This document shows, one piece after another, positions 49,255 to 58,888 of a DNA stretch of 64,000 nt. The position numbers and the translations under genes were made by a program. Source of the DNA: Oceanispirochaeta sp. GTDB lineage: Bacteria > Spirochaetota > Spirochaetia > DSM-2461. Position 1 is the stretch's first letter. Each line of letters starts with the position of its first letter. The stretch lies in assembly GCA_963666275.2 (NCBI GenBank), contig CAXXOA010000002.1, forward strand, positions 1,792,001 through 1,856,000, in the 5' to 3' direction. Under the pieces are notes generated by a model. That model worked only from the letters and a program-made list of their open reading frames with translations. It did not search any database and had not been told where the DNA came from.

Positions 49255-49956
49255 ATGAGCAATTTTAAAGAACTGAAAGAGCGGTGTTACCAGGCCAATA
49301 TGGAAATACCCCGGAGGAATCTGGCCATTTATACATTCGGGAATGTGAGTGCACTGGATCCGGATGAAGGGGTTTTCGCCATCAAGCCCAGCGGTGTGGC
49401 CTATGATGAACTGAAACCTGAGGACATTGTGATTGTGAATCTGCAGGGTGAAAAGATTGAGGGCAGGATGAATCCCTCATCGGATACACCGACTCATGCG
49501 GTCTTGTACCGAACTTTTTCGGACATTTGCGGTATCGTACACACTCACTCCACCTATGCCACAGGCTGGGCCCAGGCCTGCCGGAGCATCCCTATCTACG
49601 GTACGACCCATGCGGATCACCTGGCATGCGATATTCCTGTTACAGAAATCATGAGTGATGAGATGATCCGGGGGCAGTATGAGGAGCAGACGGGGTATCA
49701 GATTCTGAATGCCCTGAAGGATCAGCAGATCTCCTATGCGGAAGTGCAGATGATCCTTGTGGCCAGTCACGGTCCTTTCACCTGGGGAAGCACTCCCGAA
49801 AAGGCTGTATACAATGCAGGGGTGCTGGAAGAGCTGGCAAAAATGGCTTTTATCACCGAACAGGTGCATCACAGGCCCGAACGGATGAAAGATTCACTGA
49901 TCAGTAAGCACTACGACAGAAAACATGGAAGCAATGCCTACTACGGGCAGTCATGA
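49255..49956 (+). CDS. araD: L-ribulose-5-phosphate 4-epimerase (copy 2)
   Basis: TFGNVS, IKPSGV, PSSDTPTH, HTHS, HGPFTWG, AYYGQ. Confidence 0.92.
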   Translation: MSNFKELKERCYQANMEIPRRNLAIYTFGNVSALDPDEGVFAIKPSGVAYDELKPEDIVIVNLQGEKIEGRMNPSSDTPTHAVLYRTFSDICGIVHTHSTYATGWAQACRSIPIYGTTHADHLACDIPVTEIMSDEMIRGQYEEQTGYQILNALKDQQISYAEVQMILVASHGPFTWGSTPEKAVYNAGVLEELAKMAFITEQVHHRPERMKDSLISKHYDRKHGSNAYYGQS

Positions 49957-49982
49957 AACTATTCATAGAAAAGGAGCGTAAT

Positions 49983-51500
49983 ATGAAAGTATACGAAGGA
50001 ATGAAAATCTGGATGATATCAGGCAGTCAGCACCTGTACGGAGAGGAGACTCTGAAGCAGGTGAGAGACCATACTGAGGAGATTGCCGGCTATCTGAACA
50101 GCCGGGAAATGATCTCTGCTGAGGTTCTGTATAAAGGGATCCTGACCACACCGGAAGAGATCACCGACTTTTTTGTCAAAGCCAGTGCTGATGCGGGCTG
50201 CGGCGGCGTAATCCTCTGGATGCATACATTTTCTCCCTCTAAAATGTGGATCAACGGACTGAACGTCATGACCAAGCCTATGCTGCATCTCCATACACAG
50301 TACAACCGGGACATTCCCTGGAATGAGATTGATATGGATTTTATGAACCTTAATCAGTCTGCCCACGGTGGCCGGGAGCACGGGTTTATCAACAGCCGGA
50401 TGAAAATAGAAAGAAAAGTCGTCACAGGATACTGGAAGGATGAAAAGGTCCTGGCAAAAGTAGATGCCTGGATAAGAGCTGCCGCAGCACTTAAAGATAT
50501 GAAGGGCGGAAAGGTGGCCCGATTCGGGGATAATATGAGGGAAGTGGCCGTCACCGAAGGGGATAAGGTGGCCGCTCAGATCGCCTATGGATTTGATGTG
50601 TACGGATACGGTGTGGGAGATCTTGTCAAAAAGATTGATGCTGTTACCAATGACAGAATTGCCGCCCTGCTGAAAGAGTATGAAGAGACCTATGAGGTAG
50701 ACCGTGAACTCCTTGCCGGAGGAAACAGGCATGAGTCCCTGGTTGAAGCCGCCAGGCTCGAACTGGGTATGGAGGACTTCCTGGTGGAAGGGGACTTCAT
50801 CGCCTTTACGACGAACTTTGAAAACCTTTACGGCATGAAACAGCTGCCGGGACTGGCCTGTCAGAGACTGATGGAGAAAGGATACGGCTTCGGCGGTGAG
50901 GGCGACTGGAAAACAGCGCTCCTTGTCAGGGCCATGAAGGTCATGGGGCGGGGCAAAACAGGTGGCTCCTCTTTTATGGAAGACTATACCTATCATCTGG
51001 ATCCGGAGAATACAATGGTCCTGGGAGCCCATATGCTTGAAGTCTGTCCGACCATTGCGGGCAGTAAAAAAGTGAAGCTGGAGGTTCATCCTCTGGGCAT
51101 CGGTGGTAAAGAGGACCCTGTGAGAATGGTTTTTGATACGGACGGAGGAACCTCTCTCAATGCTACTCTGCTGGATATGGGAAACCGTTTCAGGCTCCTT
51201 GTCAACGAAGTGGAGACTATTGAAGCCCCGCAGGATATGCCCAATCTTCCGGTTGCCCGGGTTTTCTGGAAAACCGAACCCTCTCTGGAGGTTGCTGCCT
51301 CGGCATGGATTCTGGCAGGCGGAGCCCACCATACTGGATACAGCAGGGATGTGACTACCGAGATGATCAGAGACTTCGCAGAAATGACCGGTACGGAGCT
51401 TGTGGTCATTGACAGGGATACAAAACTGGAAGAGTTCAAAAAAGAGCTGAAATGGAATGATCTTTATTACACAATGAAGGCTTTTGCCGGAGGCGTGTGA
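49983..51500 (+). CDS. araA: L-arabinose isomerase
   Basis: GSQHLYG, WMHTFSP.KMWI, MNLNQSAHG.RE, GFGGEGDWK, FMEDYTY, AHMLEVCP, AGGAHH. Confidence 0.96.
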   Translation: MKVYEGMKIWMISGSQHLYGEETLKQVRDHTEEIAGYLNSREMISAEVLYKGILTTPEEITDFFVKASADAGCGGVILWMHTFSPSKMWINGLNVMTKPMLHLHTQYNRDIPWNEIDMDFMNLNQSAHGGREHGFINSRMKIERKVVTGYWKDEKVLAKVDAWIRAAAALKDMKGGKVARFGDNMREVAVTEGDKVAAQIAYGFDVYGYGVGDLVKKIDAVTNDRIAALLKEYEETYEVDRELLAGGNRHESLVEAARLELGMEDFLVEGDFIAFTTNFENLYGMKQLPGLACQRLMEKGYGFGGEGDWKTALLVRAMKVMGRGKTGGSSFMEDYTYHLDPENTMVLGAHMLEVCPTIAGSKKVKLEVHPLGIGGKEDPVRMVFDTDGGTSLNATLLDMGNRFRLLVNEVETIEAPQDMPNLPVARVFWKTEPSLEVAASAWILAGGAHHTGYSRDVTTEMIRDFAEMTGTELVVIDRDTKLEEFKKELKWNDLYYTMKAFAGGV

Positions 51501-51523
51501 TACTAAAGGGCTCAATGTGTTCT

Positions 51524-51555
51524 GATTTTCCGGGGAAACTGTTCTCCGGAAAATC
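51524..51555. terminator. Hairpin between convergent genes
   Basis: GATTTTCCGGGGAA..TTCTCCGGAAAATC. Confidence 0.6.
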
Positions 51556-51583
51556 TCAGGAACAGGACTTCAATCCCTTCTGA

Positions 51584-52402
51584 CTAAATCTCCTCCAGTT
51601 CCTCGTCCGGGAAGTTGTCCTGGGATCCCTGTTTTTTCACAACCCTGTCAAATCTCTTTTTAAGTTGAAAATAGGAGCGCTTGTAGAGTTTATTCTGATA
51701 GGTAAAAAAAGAGATCTTGCTATGAAGCTCCTGATTTTCCCTTTCCAGATCGGCTATCCTGCCCTGGGCAAGCTGGATGGCATAGCGCATATCAATATGC
51801 TTTTTTTTATCGCTGACCCGGCGGTTCAGGTCGGAGAAATTGTTCATAAATGACGAGTGGACCGAAGGTTCAAGACGCTTCAGATCCTGAAATTCCATAC
51901 TGTCCACAAAGGATATGAGCCGGTTGTAGAGAAAATTCGAGGGGACATCAATGAAGATTTTTGATTGATTCCCGGCGGTTCGACTGAAATGGATATTATC
52001 ATCTTTTACATTGATATGGATGGGAAATATTTCATTTCCCCCTTTGGGCTGATATTCCTTTTGCCGGTTTTCTATCTTGCTGCTGATCCGTTCGGAGGAA
52101 CGGGAAAACTTTTTTAAAAATAGAAGGGTTCTGTTCTCCTCATCATGAATATCCACATCATCCAGCCGGATCCTGTTAAAGAGCTCTGAAATATAATCGA
52201 ACAGGTCGGAAAGGAGCTGGTAGAGCAGGTTTCCCCCTATATGGAAGGTACCCCTTTCCCGGATCTCTTTCTGGTAGTTGACAGCCTTGATATATTCATC
52301 TGAGATAAGAATGCTTATTTTTCCCGGGTTTCCGGGATCCCGAAAGATTTCCCCGTTAAAAAGAGTGACACCCGATTTATCAATGCGATTATTATTCATC
52401 AC
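51584..52402 (-). CDS. Hypothetical protein with C-terminal coiled coil
   Basis: 272-aa ORF; heptad-like IADLERENQELHSKI segment; no recognised family. Confidence 0.7.
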   Translation of the reverse strand: MMNNNRIDKSGVTLFNGEIFRDPGNPGKISILISDEYIKAVNYQKEIRERGTFHIGGNLLYQLLSDLFDYISELFNRIRLDDVDIHDEENRTLLFLKKFSRSSERISSKIENRQKEYQPKGGNEIFPIHINVKDDNIHFSRTAGNQSKIFIDVPSNFLYNRLISFVDSMEFQDLKRLEPSVHSSFMNNFSDLNRRVSDKKKHIDMRYAIQLAQGRIADLERENQELHSKISFFTYQNKLYKRSYFQLKKRFDRVVKKQGSQDNFPDEELEEI

Positions 52403-52449
52403 ATTTGTATTGTATCAGCATGCCTATACTGAATGTCTATCACTTTTTT

Positions 52450-53115
52450 TTATTCCTGCAGAAGAGTGATGAATTCCTTCAGGATTCTTGCGGTTATTCC
52501 CCAGATAGTCCCGGCATGACTCCGGTAGGCCAGGATGTTGTGCATCTGATTGCCCCAGCTGTCGTGATACCTTTCCGGGAGGTTCAGATCCCTCCCGGGA
52601 AAGTGTATCTCTTTTCTCCCGTCTTCGGGATTAATGGAAAAGGGGTGCATCTCCATCCGTACCTGATAATTCTCAAAAGAGAGGACCTCCAGTTCGTCCA
52701 GAGGGATCGTAAAGATAGAAGCCACTTCATCTCTGCTGATTTCCATTTCAGACAGGGAAGAGATATGGAGTATCGCCAGATAGGGTTCAACAAGAACATC
52801 CATGGGAGTGATAAGAGTATCCAGAGGGCCAAGCAGCTCGATGGATTCCCTCTTTATTCCCAGTTCTTCATAGGTTTCCCGGAGAGCGGTATCCTGAAAA
52901 GACCTGTCCTTGTCCGGGTCGAATCCGCCTCCGGGAAAACAGATCTCATCTCCCTGCCGGATATTTGCGGCTCGCACCTGAAACAGAAGATGCCAGGACT
53001 CTTCCAGCTGGATCAGAGGCACCAGAACGGCTGACTGAAAATAATCCTCCCGCCCCATGATCCCCCTGCAGGGACGGATCATGGATCTAAGACGGTCAGG
53101 GATATCAGATACCAA
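52450..53115 (-). CDS. Nudix hydrolase, CoA pyrophosphatase type (start approximate)
   Basis: SAVLVPL, EICFPGG, TALRETYEELG, IWGITARIL. Confidence 0.9.
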   Translation of the reverse strand: MVSDIPDRLRSMIRPCRGIMGREDYFQSAVLVPLIQLEESWHLLFQVRAANIRQGDEICFPGGGFDPDKDRSFQDTALRETYEELGIKRESIELLGPLDTLITPMDVLVEPYLAILHISSLSEMEISRDEVASIFTIPLDELEVLSFENYQVRMEMHPFSINPEDGRKEIHFPGRDLNLPERYHDSWGNQMHNILAYRSHAGTIWGITARILKEFITLLQE

Positions 53116-54007
53116 GAGTTCCCCGGATTGTTTCATCCATAACAGGCAGAGCACCGGCATGGCTGACCACGTAATCTGCCAGTCTGGCGGCTTTCCATCC
53201 CGCTTTTTCCAATGAATCGCCTGTGAGGTAGAAATAGAGGAAGGCACCGGAAAAACTGTCTCCCGCACCCACCGTATCTACCACTTTGACTTTATCTGTG
53301 GGAACCGGGAGGGCTGTTCCGCCTGTATCGGCATGATAGATCTCAGCTCCAGAGGGGCCCAGGGTGAGAACCAGCATTTCCAGTTTGTACTCTTTTGAAG
53401 CCTTTTCGAAAAACTCCCGGCCTGAGAGTTCGGTTCCGAAAAGAAGTTTTGAAATGACAGGCAGTTCCTCATCGTTGAGTTTCAGCAGGGTTGTGTAGAC
53501 TATGGTTTCCCGGATGACGTCCTCGGAGTAGTACTCCTGTCTGAGGTTCACATCAAAGAAAAGATGTCTGTAATGAAGAGAGGGGAGAAGCTCATGCAGG
53601 AGCTTTCTGTTGGATTCGGTTCTCTGCGCCAGGGAACCGCAGTACATCAGATCCAGTTCCAGGGATTTGAGTTTTTCAAGCTGCTCCCGGGACAGTTCAA
53701 TACAGTCCCAGGCGGCTCCCTCTTTGATATCATAAGCGGGTATCCCTTCATGGACTGTCACTTCCACAAGTCCTGTGGGATGGGATGAACCTGTCTGCAG
53801 AAAATCTGTTTTCAGGTTTTCTCTTTTCAGTATCCGTTCCGCTTCCGCTCCGGGTTCGTCATCCCCCAGGGCACTGAGCATATAACTTTCAGCTCCCAGC
53901 CGGGCAAGATGCACAGCCACATTCACGGGGGCTCCCCCGAAATGATCTGTTCCATCTATCCGGTCAAAAAGGATCTCTCCAAAACTTAAGGTTTTCATTG
54001 CCTTCAC
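53105..54007 (-). CDS. PfkB-family carbohydrate kinase (fructokinase-like)
   Basis: GGAPVNVA, FDVNLR, KLNDEE, DTVGAGDSF. Confidence 0.92.
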   Translation of the reverse strand: MKAMKTLSFGEILFDRIDGTDHFGGAPVNVAVHLARLGAESYMLSALGDDEPGAEAERILKRENLKTDFLQTGSSHPTGLVEVTVHEGIPAYDIKEGAAWDCIELSREQLEKLKSLELDLMYCGSLAQRTESNRKLLHELLPSLHYRHLFFDVNLRQEYYSEDVIRETIVYTTLLKLNDEELPVISKLLFGTELSGREFFEKASKEYKLEMLVLTLGPSGAEIYHADTGGTALPVPTDKVKVVDTVGAGDSFSGAFLYFYLTGDSLEKAGWKAARLADYVVSHAGALPVMDETIRGTLGI

Positions 54008-54126
54008 TCCTTTCGTACAGTCCGGGGATCCATCTTATGATGATCCCTCTGTGCTGATCAGTACGGACAGGCTCTGCTCTTTTCTTTCCCGGATGAATGC
54101 ACCGGGAAATATGCCGAAAAGGATGC

Positions 54127-54144
54127 ATGCCAATCGTTTTGCAT
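54127..54144 (-). promoter_or_regulatory. LacI-family-like operator upstream of the PfkB kinase
   Basis: ATGCAAAACGATTGGCAT (minus strand), imperfect palindrome with central CG, just downstream of TAGAAT. Confidence 0.5.
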
Positions 54145-54210
54145 TTTCTCTATTCTATACTTACCGCCGCCTTTTTTTCCATCCCCGGAAGGCGGAAACT
54201 CTCAGGACGA

Positions 54211-55377
54211 TCAGCTTTTTTTCAGGCATCTGTGAATCTCCAGCAGCCGGGAGGGGAGGTAATACAGGCTTTTATCCCTGTTACCTTTAAGATCCAGCTG
54301 CACAGTACCGTCCCTGCGGAGATAGCCGAACCACTCTCCGTATTCTCTGTCGGGGAAATGATCCCAGCTGTACTCCTGTACAGTTTCAAACCATGTTTCA
54401 TAAAGAGGTTCATCTGTGAGGGTATGCGCTTTGAGGAGAGTATAAATGCCGCTGCAGTGAGCATCCCAGGTTTTCATATCCCATTCCAGCTGAAGAGGCT
54501 GTCTGCCTTCGATATCCACGAAGGTGTAGAATCCTCCGCATTCAGGATCCCATCCCAGTTCCAGCGTCCAGGACAGCAGTTTCAGAGCCTCCTCCCTGTA
54601 GGTGGAATTGTTGCTGTAGACAGATTCATCCAGGAGCAGGCCAATGGTTTCCAGAGATCCTCCTGGAGACACCAGCCGCCCGCCGGGGCCTTCCGGGAAT
54701 CCTCCGTCGGGGAGAGCGTATTCAAGGAGTCCCATCCTGGGGGTGTCGGTAAAGAGGGTCAGGAGTATTTTGATGCGGTTGCTTATCTCTTTCCTGTAGG
54801 TTTTTTCATTTTCCCTGTCTGCCAGGATCAGTTCCCGGCAGAGCCGTATCATGCCAGACATAAATCTGCGGCTCAGTACAGCTGGGCCTGACTCTTTTTC
54901 CCGGGACCGGGATTTTTCCAGATTGAGAATCAGGGTATAGAGCTCCCTGGCCTCTTCCAGGCAGGTGGTATCACCGGAAACCCCGGCATAAGCCGCCAGG
55001 CCTGAGGCTATCCAGAGTTCCGGTTCCAGCGAGTCTTCAGGAGGGGAAGGAGGACCTTCGGCTGTTATCTCGGCAAAGACCCTTCCGTCCGAAGGGCGTC
55101 TCAGGGATTTTCTGATAAACCGGACTGTGCCGGAAGCCAGAGCCAGCCAGGTCCGGGACTCTTCCACATCCCTGATCAGGTGTGAAAAGAGCCATAATCC
55201 TCTGCCCTGGGAACTCCCTGTTTTCCGGGTGGAAAGGAGATCTCCCTTCCTGTCCAGGAACGTATAAAATCCTCCCGATTCGGGGTCCACACCGTGTTTC
55301 TCCCAGAAGGGAATGATATCCTGAGTCAGTTCCTGTAAATAAAAGTCTTTCAGTTCAGCAATGCGGGTATTTTCCAT
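54211..55377 (-). CDS. AGE-family (N-acylglucosamine 2-epimerase-like) protein, apparently lacking catalytic histidines
   Basis: IIPFW..HGVD...GG, QGR, GWD...GG, QLEWDMK, D.EYGEWFGYL.RDG. Confidence 0.85.
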   Translation of the reverse strand: MENTRIAELKDFYLQELTQDIIPFWEKHGVDPESGGFYTFLDRKGDLLSTRKTGSSQGRGLWLFSHLIRDVEESRTWLALASGTVRFIRKSLRRPSDGRVFAEITAEGPPSPPEDSLEPELWIASGLAAYAGVSGDTTCLEEARELYTLILNLEKSRSREKESGPAVLSRRFMSGMIRLCRELILADRENEKTYRKEISNRIKILLTLFTDTPRMGLLEYALPDGGFPEGPGGRLVSPGGSLETIGLLLDESVYSNNSTYREEALKLLSWTLELGWDPECGGFYTFVDIEGRQPLQLEWDMKTWDAHCSGIYTLLKAHTLTDEPLYETWFETVQEYSWDHFPDREYGEWFGYLRRDGTVQLDLKGNRDKSLYYLPSRLLEIHRCLKKS

Positions 55378-55383
55378 AGGGTA

Positions 55384-56043
55384 TTAATCCAGATCATCTA
55401 TTGTGATTTCAGTATATTGGGAATCCAGATCCGGATCCAGAGAGAGGGAGAATGAGTAGGTATCATCATCCTCATCTACAGCCTGTATGTCATATTCGAT
55501 CTCCGCATTGGATTTGAGAAGGAGTACCGAAACGGAATCATCCGGAGAAAGGGTCGTTTCACTATCCATAAAATCTATGCCGTAAGACTGGGAGTCTGAA
55601 GGGGAGATAAAAAGGTAGTAGACTTCAAATCCCGTGTAATTGTTGATCTCCAGGGAAATCAGCTGGTTTTCAAGATCATCCAGATCCCAGTAGTCTGTAA
55701 TCTGGGAATCGTTGATGACAATCCTGGCTTCCGAGTCATCGTTGATCTCCATGTCATAGAGTTCAAAGACATTTCCCTCTTCATCAATAGCCATAAAGTC
55801 GAACTGGGCGGAGTATTCGGGATAGGATATAAAAAACTCCACCGACTCCCCCGCATCCAGAGTCCGTGAATCTCCCAGAACATCGGGTCCCCAGTATTCG
55901 CTGTCTCCGGGTGAAAAAAAGAGATAGTATATATCCCGGCCTGTTTTATTTTTGAACTCAATCAGGTTGTAGTATTCGGACTGGGCGAATACCCCAGCTG
56001 CAGATGTGAAGAACAGAATAAGAAATAGAATCTTTTTTACCAT
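55384..56043 (-). CDS. Secreted acidic protein with two tandem ~100-aa repeats
   Basis: Signal peptide; NKTGRDIYYLFFSPGDS..WG.D vs NYTGFEVYYLFISPSDS..YG.D. Confidence 0.8.
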   Translation of the reverse strand: MVKKILFLILFFTSAAGVFAQSEYYNLIEFKNKTGRDIYYLFFSPGDSEYWGPDVLGDSRTLDAGESVEFFISYPEYSAQFDFMAIDEEGNVFELYDMEINDDSEARIVINDSQITDYWDLDDLENQLISLEINNYTGFEVYYLFISPSDSQSYGIDFMDSETTLSPDDSVSVLLLKSNAEIEYDIQAVDEDDDTYSFSLSLDPDLDSQYTEITIDDLD

Positions 56044-56291
56044 AATAATCCCCTTTGTTTTGTTTTTTACCGGTGACTGCAGTCCGGTCTTCCAGGTCAG
56101 ATGGTTTTCTGTAAAAAGACAGGAATCTCTCCGGATTCCCGGGGGATCCTGCTTTGGTACCAGTCACTGCTGCATCAGTTAAAAAACGAAGGGAAGGCCT
56201 TTTTCCTGCCTTCCGGTTTAGAATTCATACTAGTATTACTGGATCAAAATAGCAAATTTGATCGATTTCCCCACAGGGATATGAGAGTCCT

Positions 56292-56849
56292 TTATCCCCA
56301 GATGAGAATCTTCAGTCCGATCAGAACAAGAACGACTCCCCCGACAGTTTCCATCCTCTCTCCGAAGAGATGACTGAGTCTGTGGCCCGCATGGACACCG
56401 GCATAGGAGATCACAAAAGTTGTACTTCCGATGATAAGGGCGGGGATCAGTATGGGGTAGTTGAGAAAAGAGAAGCTGATTCCTACGGCAAGGGCATCTA
56501 TACTGGTTGCCACAGCCAGAATCAGCAGGTTTTTAATATGGAAGACCTCATCGGGATCTTTGCATTCCCCGTCGGGATGAAGGCTCTCCCAGATCATTTT
56601 AATTCCTATGAACCCCAGGAGTCCGAAGGCGATCCAGTGGTTCAGCGACTCTATCCAGGGCCCCTGAAGGAAACTCACCCCGTACCATCCGATGATCGGC
56701 ATGAGCGCCTGAAACAGGCCGAAAAAAAAGGATGTCAGGAGACAGTGGGAGTGGACAAAATCATCCATGGTACAGCCGCAGGAAAGAGAGGCTGCGAAGG
56801 CATCCATTGAGAGGGCTACTGCTGTGAGCATAAGGGTGAACAGGTCCAT
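56292..56849 (-). CDS. mntP: Manganese efflux pump MntP family
   Basis: ALSMDAFA and ATSIDALAVG repeats, 6 TMs. Confidence 0.9.
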   Translation of the reverse strand: MDLFTLMLTAVALSMDAFAASLSCGCTMDDFVHSHCLLTSFFFGLFQALMPIIGWYGVSFLQGPWIESLNHWIAFGLLGFIGIKMIWESLHPDGECKDPDEVFHIKNLLILAVATSIDALAVGISFSFLNYPILIPALIIGSTTFVISYAGVHAGHRLSHLFGERMETVGGVVLVLIGLKILIWG

Positions 56850-57014
56850 TACTTCTCCATAGATCCGGGAATCAGATATTCAGACAAGTATAGGTGATGA
56901 GACTATTCGGAATCAATAGGCGTCAGAATCCCGGACGGACTGAAATCCCGGACTCCTCCTATGATCGAAACAGTATGAACTTCCGGCATGCCCGGGGAAG
57001 GGGGCATTTGAAAA

Positions 57015-58139
57015 TTAAAGGTTTTTCTTTTCCACCCCGGTGATTTCCGTGTCTATTATATGGAACTTCCTGTAAAAGGTAGGTGGCACGATCAGGGGAA
57101 GGACCTGTTTTTTTATGGACACGTCCAGAGTATACTTTTCATTTTCCTCATGATCCGCCTGCCTGAGTTCCCCGTCCACATGGTACAGAAAGGGGGTGGG
57201 AGACACGATGCTCGTCTGTTTGACCTCGTACCTTTCGATGTAGGGCATGCCTTTCCGGGCGGCCTTCTTGTTGATCTGGTCATGGCGCCCCATCCACAGC
57301 CAGGGAAAGTTGAGTGCCAGGCTCATCCTGCCGGGAAATTTGAAAAGGTAGACTCCCATGAGACCGTCATTGCAGACCACATCGGGGCAGATCCGGAACA
57401 TTTTGGCATAGTAGGGGCGTGTTCCTATTTCTATAAGATGGGGACTCTGGGAGAGCTGAAGTTTATCAAAACTGAATTCAGCATTGACTCTGGTTCCCTT
57501 GAAGGCGAACTTTCCGTTTTCCATGTTGATAGCATAGGGCGGACGCTCTTTGTCGTATTCCGTAAGGAGTGCCGCAGTCGCCGAGGCTATATAGCTGGCA
57601 AAGCCGCTTTTGGGCAGCCCCGCATATTTTCCGGTGGTATAGGTGTTGCTGTTCCGCAGATCCAGTATCCTGGCATCCATTCCCACACCGGTAAGCTGAC
57701 AGTAGTCACTTTGCCTGCCATGGCGGGAGAGCAGGAGATCCACATTCAGTATATGGTTTTCCCTGATGCTCTGACTGTAGCTTCTCAGCTGCTGAAACAT
57801 TCTCATGGGGACTTCGTAGGAGTCCTGGATTCCGTTTCCCGATCCACCTCTCAGAAAACCAATGGCCTTCTCTTTCAGAAGCTCCGGCCGGGATTCGGCC
57901 TCTTTCATGAACATGTTGATGGTTTCGTTGGCTGTCCCGTCGCCTCCCCAGACCAGAAGCCTTCTGGTGCCGGTCTGACAAAACCGTTTGACCTCTCTGG
58001 CGAAGTGCTGGCGGCTGGTGCTTTCAATCACATAGGGGACATCCGCTTTTTTCAGTATCCTCCTGAGTATTCTGGCATACTGAGGATACCGGCTTGGGTT
58101 TATTATAAAGGAGCAATCCTGAAGCTGTATATGATTCAT
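57015..58139 (-). CDS. Diacylglycerol/lipid kinase family protein
   Basis: IINP, GGDGT, GSGNG, G.GMDA, DG, HVDGE. Confidence 0.85.
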   Translation of the reverse strand: MNHIQLQDCSFIINPSRYPQYARILRRILKKADVPYVIESTSRQHFAREVKRFCQTGTRRLLVWGGDGTANETINMFMKEAESRPELLKEKAIGFLRGGSGNGIQDSYEVPMRMFQQLRSYSQSIRENHILNVDLLLSRHGRQSDYCQLTGVGMDARILDLRNSNTYTTGKYAGLPKSGFASYIASATAALLTEYDKERPPYAINMENGKFAFKGTRVNAEFSFDKLQLSQSPHLIEIGTRPYYAKMFRICPDVVCNDGLMGVYLFKFPGRMSLALNFPWLWMGRHDQINKKAARKGMPYIERYEVKQTSIVSPTPFLYHVDGELRQADHEENEKYTLDVSIKKQVLPLIVPPTFYRKFHIIDTEITGVEKKNL

Positions 58140-58286
58140 TGTTCATCTCCCTGCCCCATAGCATATCCCAGGATGGAGAAAATGTCAGGAGAGGGGAGCG
58201 GATTGATAAAATACAAGGATTTTTGTAGGAATTATTCTCATTTTTCCTTATACTTTAATAATAAACAAAAATATGTGAGGTATGAT

Positions 58287-58829
58287 ATGAGTTTAGATAA
58301 AAAAATCCAGGATGCCCTGAATGAGCAGGTCAATGCAGAGATGTTTTCCGCCTATCTCTACCTTTCCATGGGGAGCTGGTTCGAAGATCAGAATCTGAAC
58401 GGTTTTGCCAACTGGTTCCGCTGTCAGTTTCTGGAAGAGAATATGCACGGAATGAAAATATATAATTTTATCAACGAAAGAGGGGGAAGGGTAAAACTGA
58501 AACCCATTGACGGTCCTGAAACAGACTGGAGCTCTTTTATCGAGGTTTTTGAAGAGGTGGCCAAACACGAAGCCCATGTAACTTCTCTGATCAATAATCT
58601 TGTCTATCTGGCCAGGGAAGCCAAAGATTATGCCACGGAAAGTTTTCTGATGTGGTATGTGGATGAGCAGGTGGAAGAAGAGGCCACAGCAGATGAACTT
58701 CTCAGCCGTCTGAAAATGATCAAGGATAATCCGGATGCTCTTTATAATCTGGACAAGGAGCTTTCTTCCAGGGCTCCTTCCCCCAATGTGCTCCCCATTC
58801 ATCTGGGACAGCCCGTTGCCAACGCCTGA
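58287..58829 (+). CDS. ftn: Non-heme ferritin
   Basis: NEQVNAEMFSAYLYLSM, EE..H..K, FL.WYV.EQVEEE. Confidence 0.95.
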   Translation: MSLDKKIQDALNEQVNAEMFSAYLYLSMGSWFEDQNLNGFANWFRCQFLEENMHGMKIYNFINERGGRVKLKPIDGPETDWSSFIEVFEEVAKHEAHVTSLINNLVYLAREAKDYATESFLMWYVDEQVEEEATADELLSRLKMIKDNPDALYNLDKELSSRAPSPNVLPIHLGQPVANA

Positions 58830-58844
58830 TCAGTGACAGGGCAT

Positions 58845-58877
58845 AAAAAAACCGGAGCAGCCGCTCCGGTTTTTTTT
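58845..58877. terminator. Bidirectional Rho-independent terminator
   Basis: A7-CCGGAGC-AGCC-GCTCCGG-T8. Confidence 0.92.
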
Positions 58878-58888
58878 ACTGAAATCTA

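Noticed and set aside
50019..51515. 498-aa minus-strand ORF
   Set aside because: Antisense shadow of araA.
56850..57014. yybP-ykoY manganese riboswitch upstream of mntP
   Set aside because: I could not find the conserved GGGGAGUA / GAGACC elements by eye; a covariance-model search would be decisive.
57060..58829. 589-aa ORF as a ferritin fusion protein
   Set aside because: The first ~400 aa are the antisense shadow of the lipid kinase gene plus an AT-rich spacer; ferritin has its own RBS and ATG at 58287.
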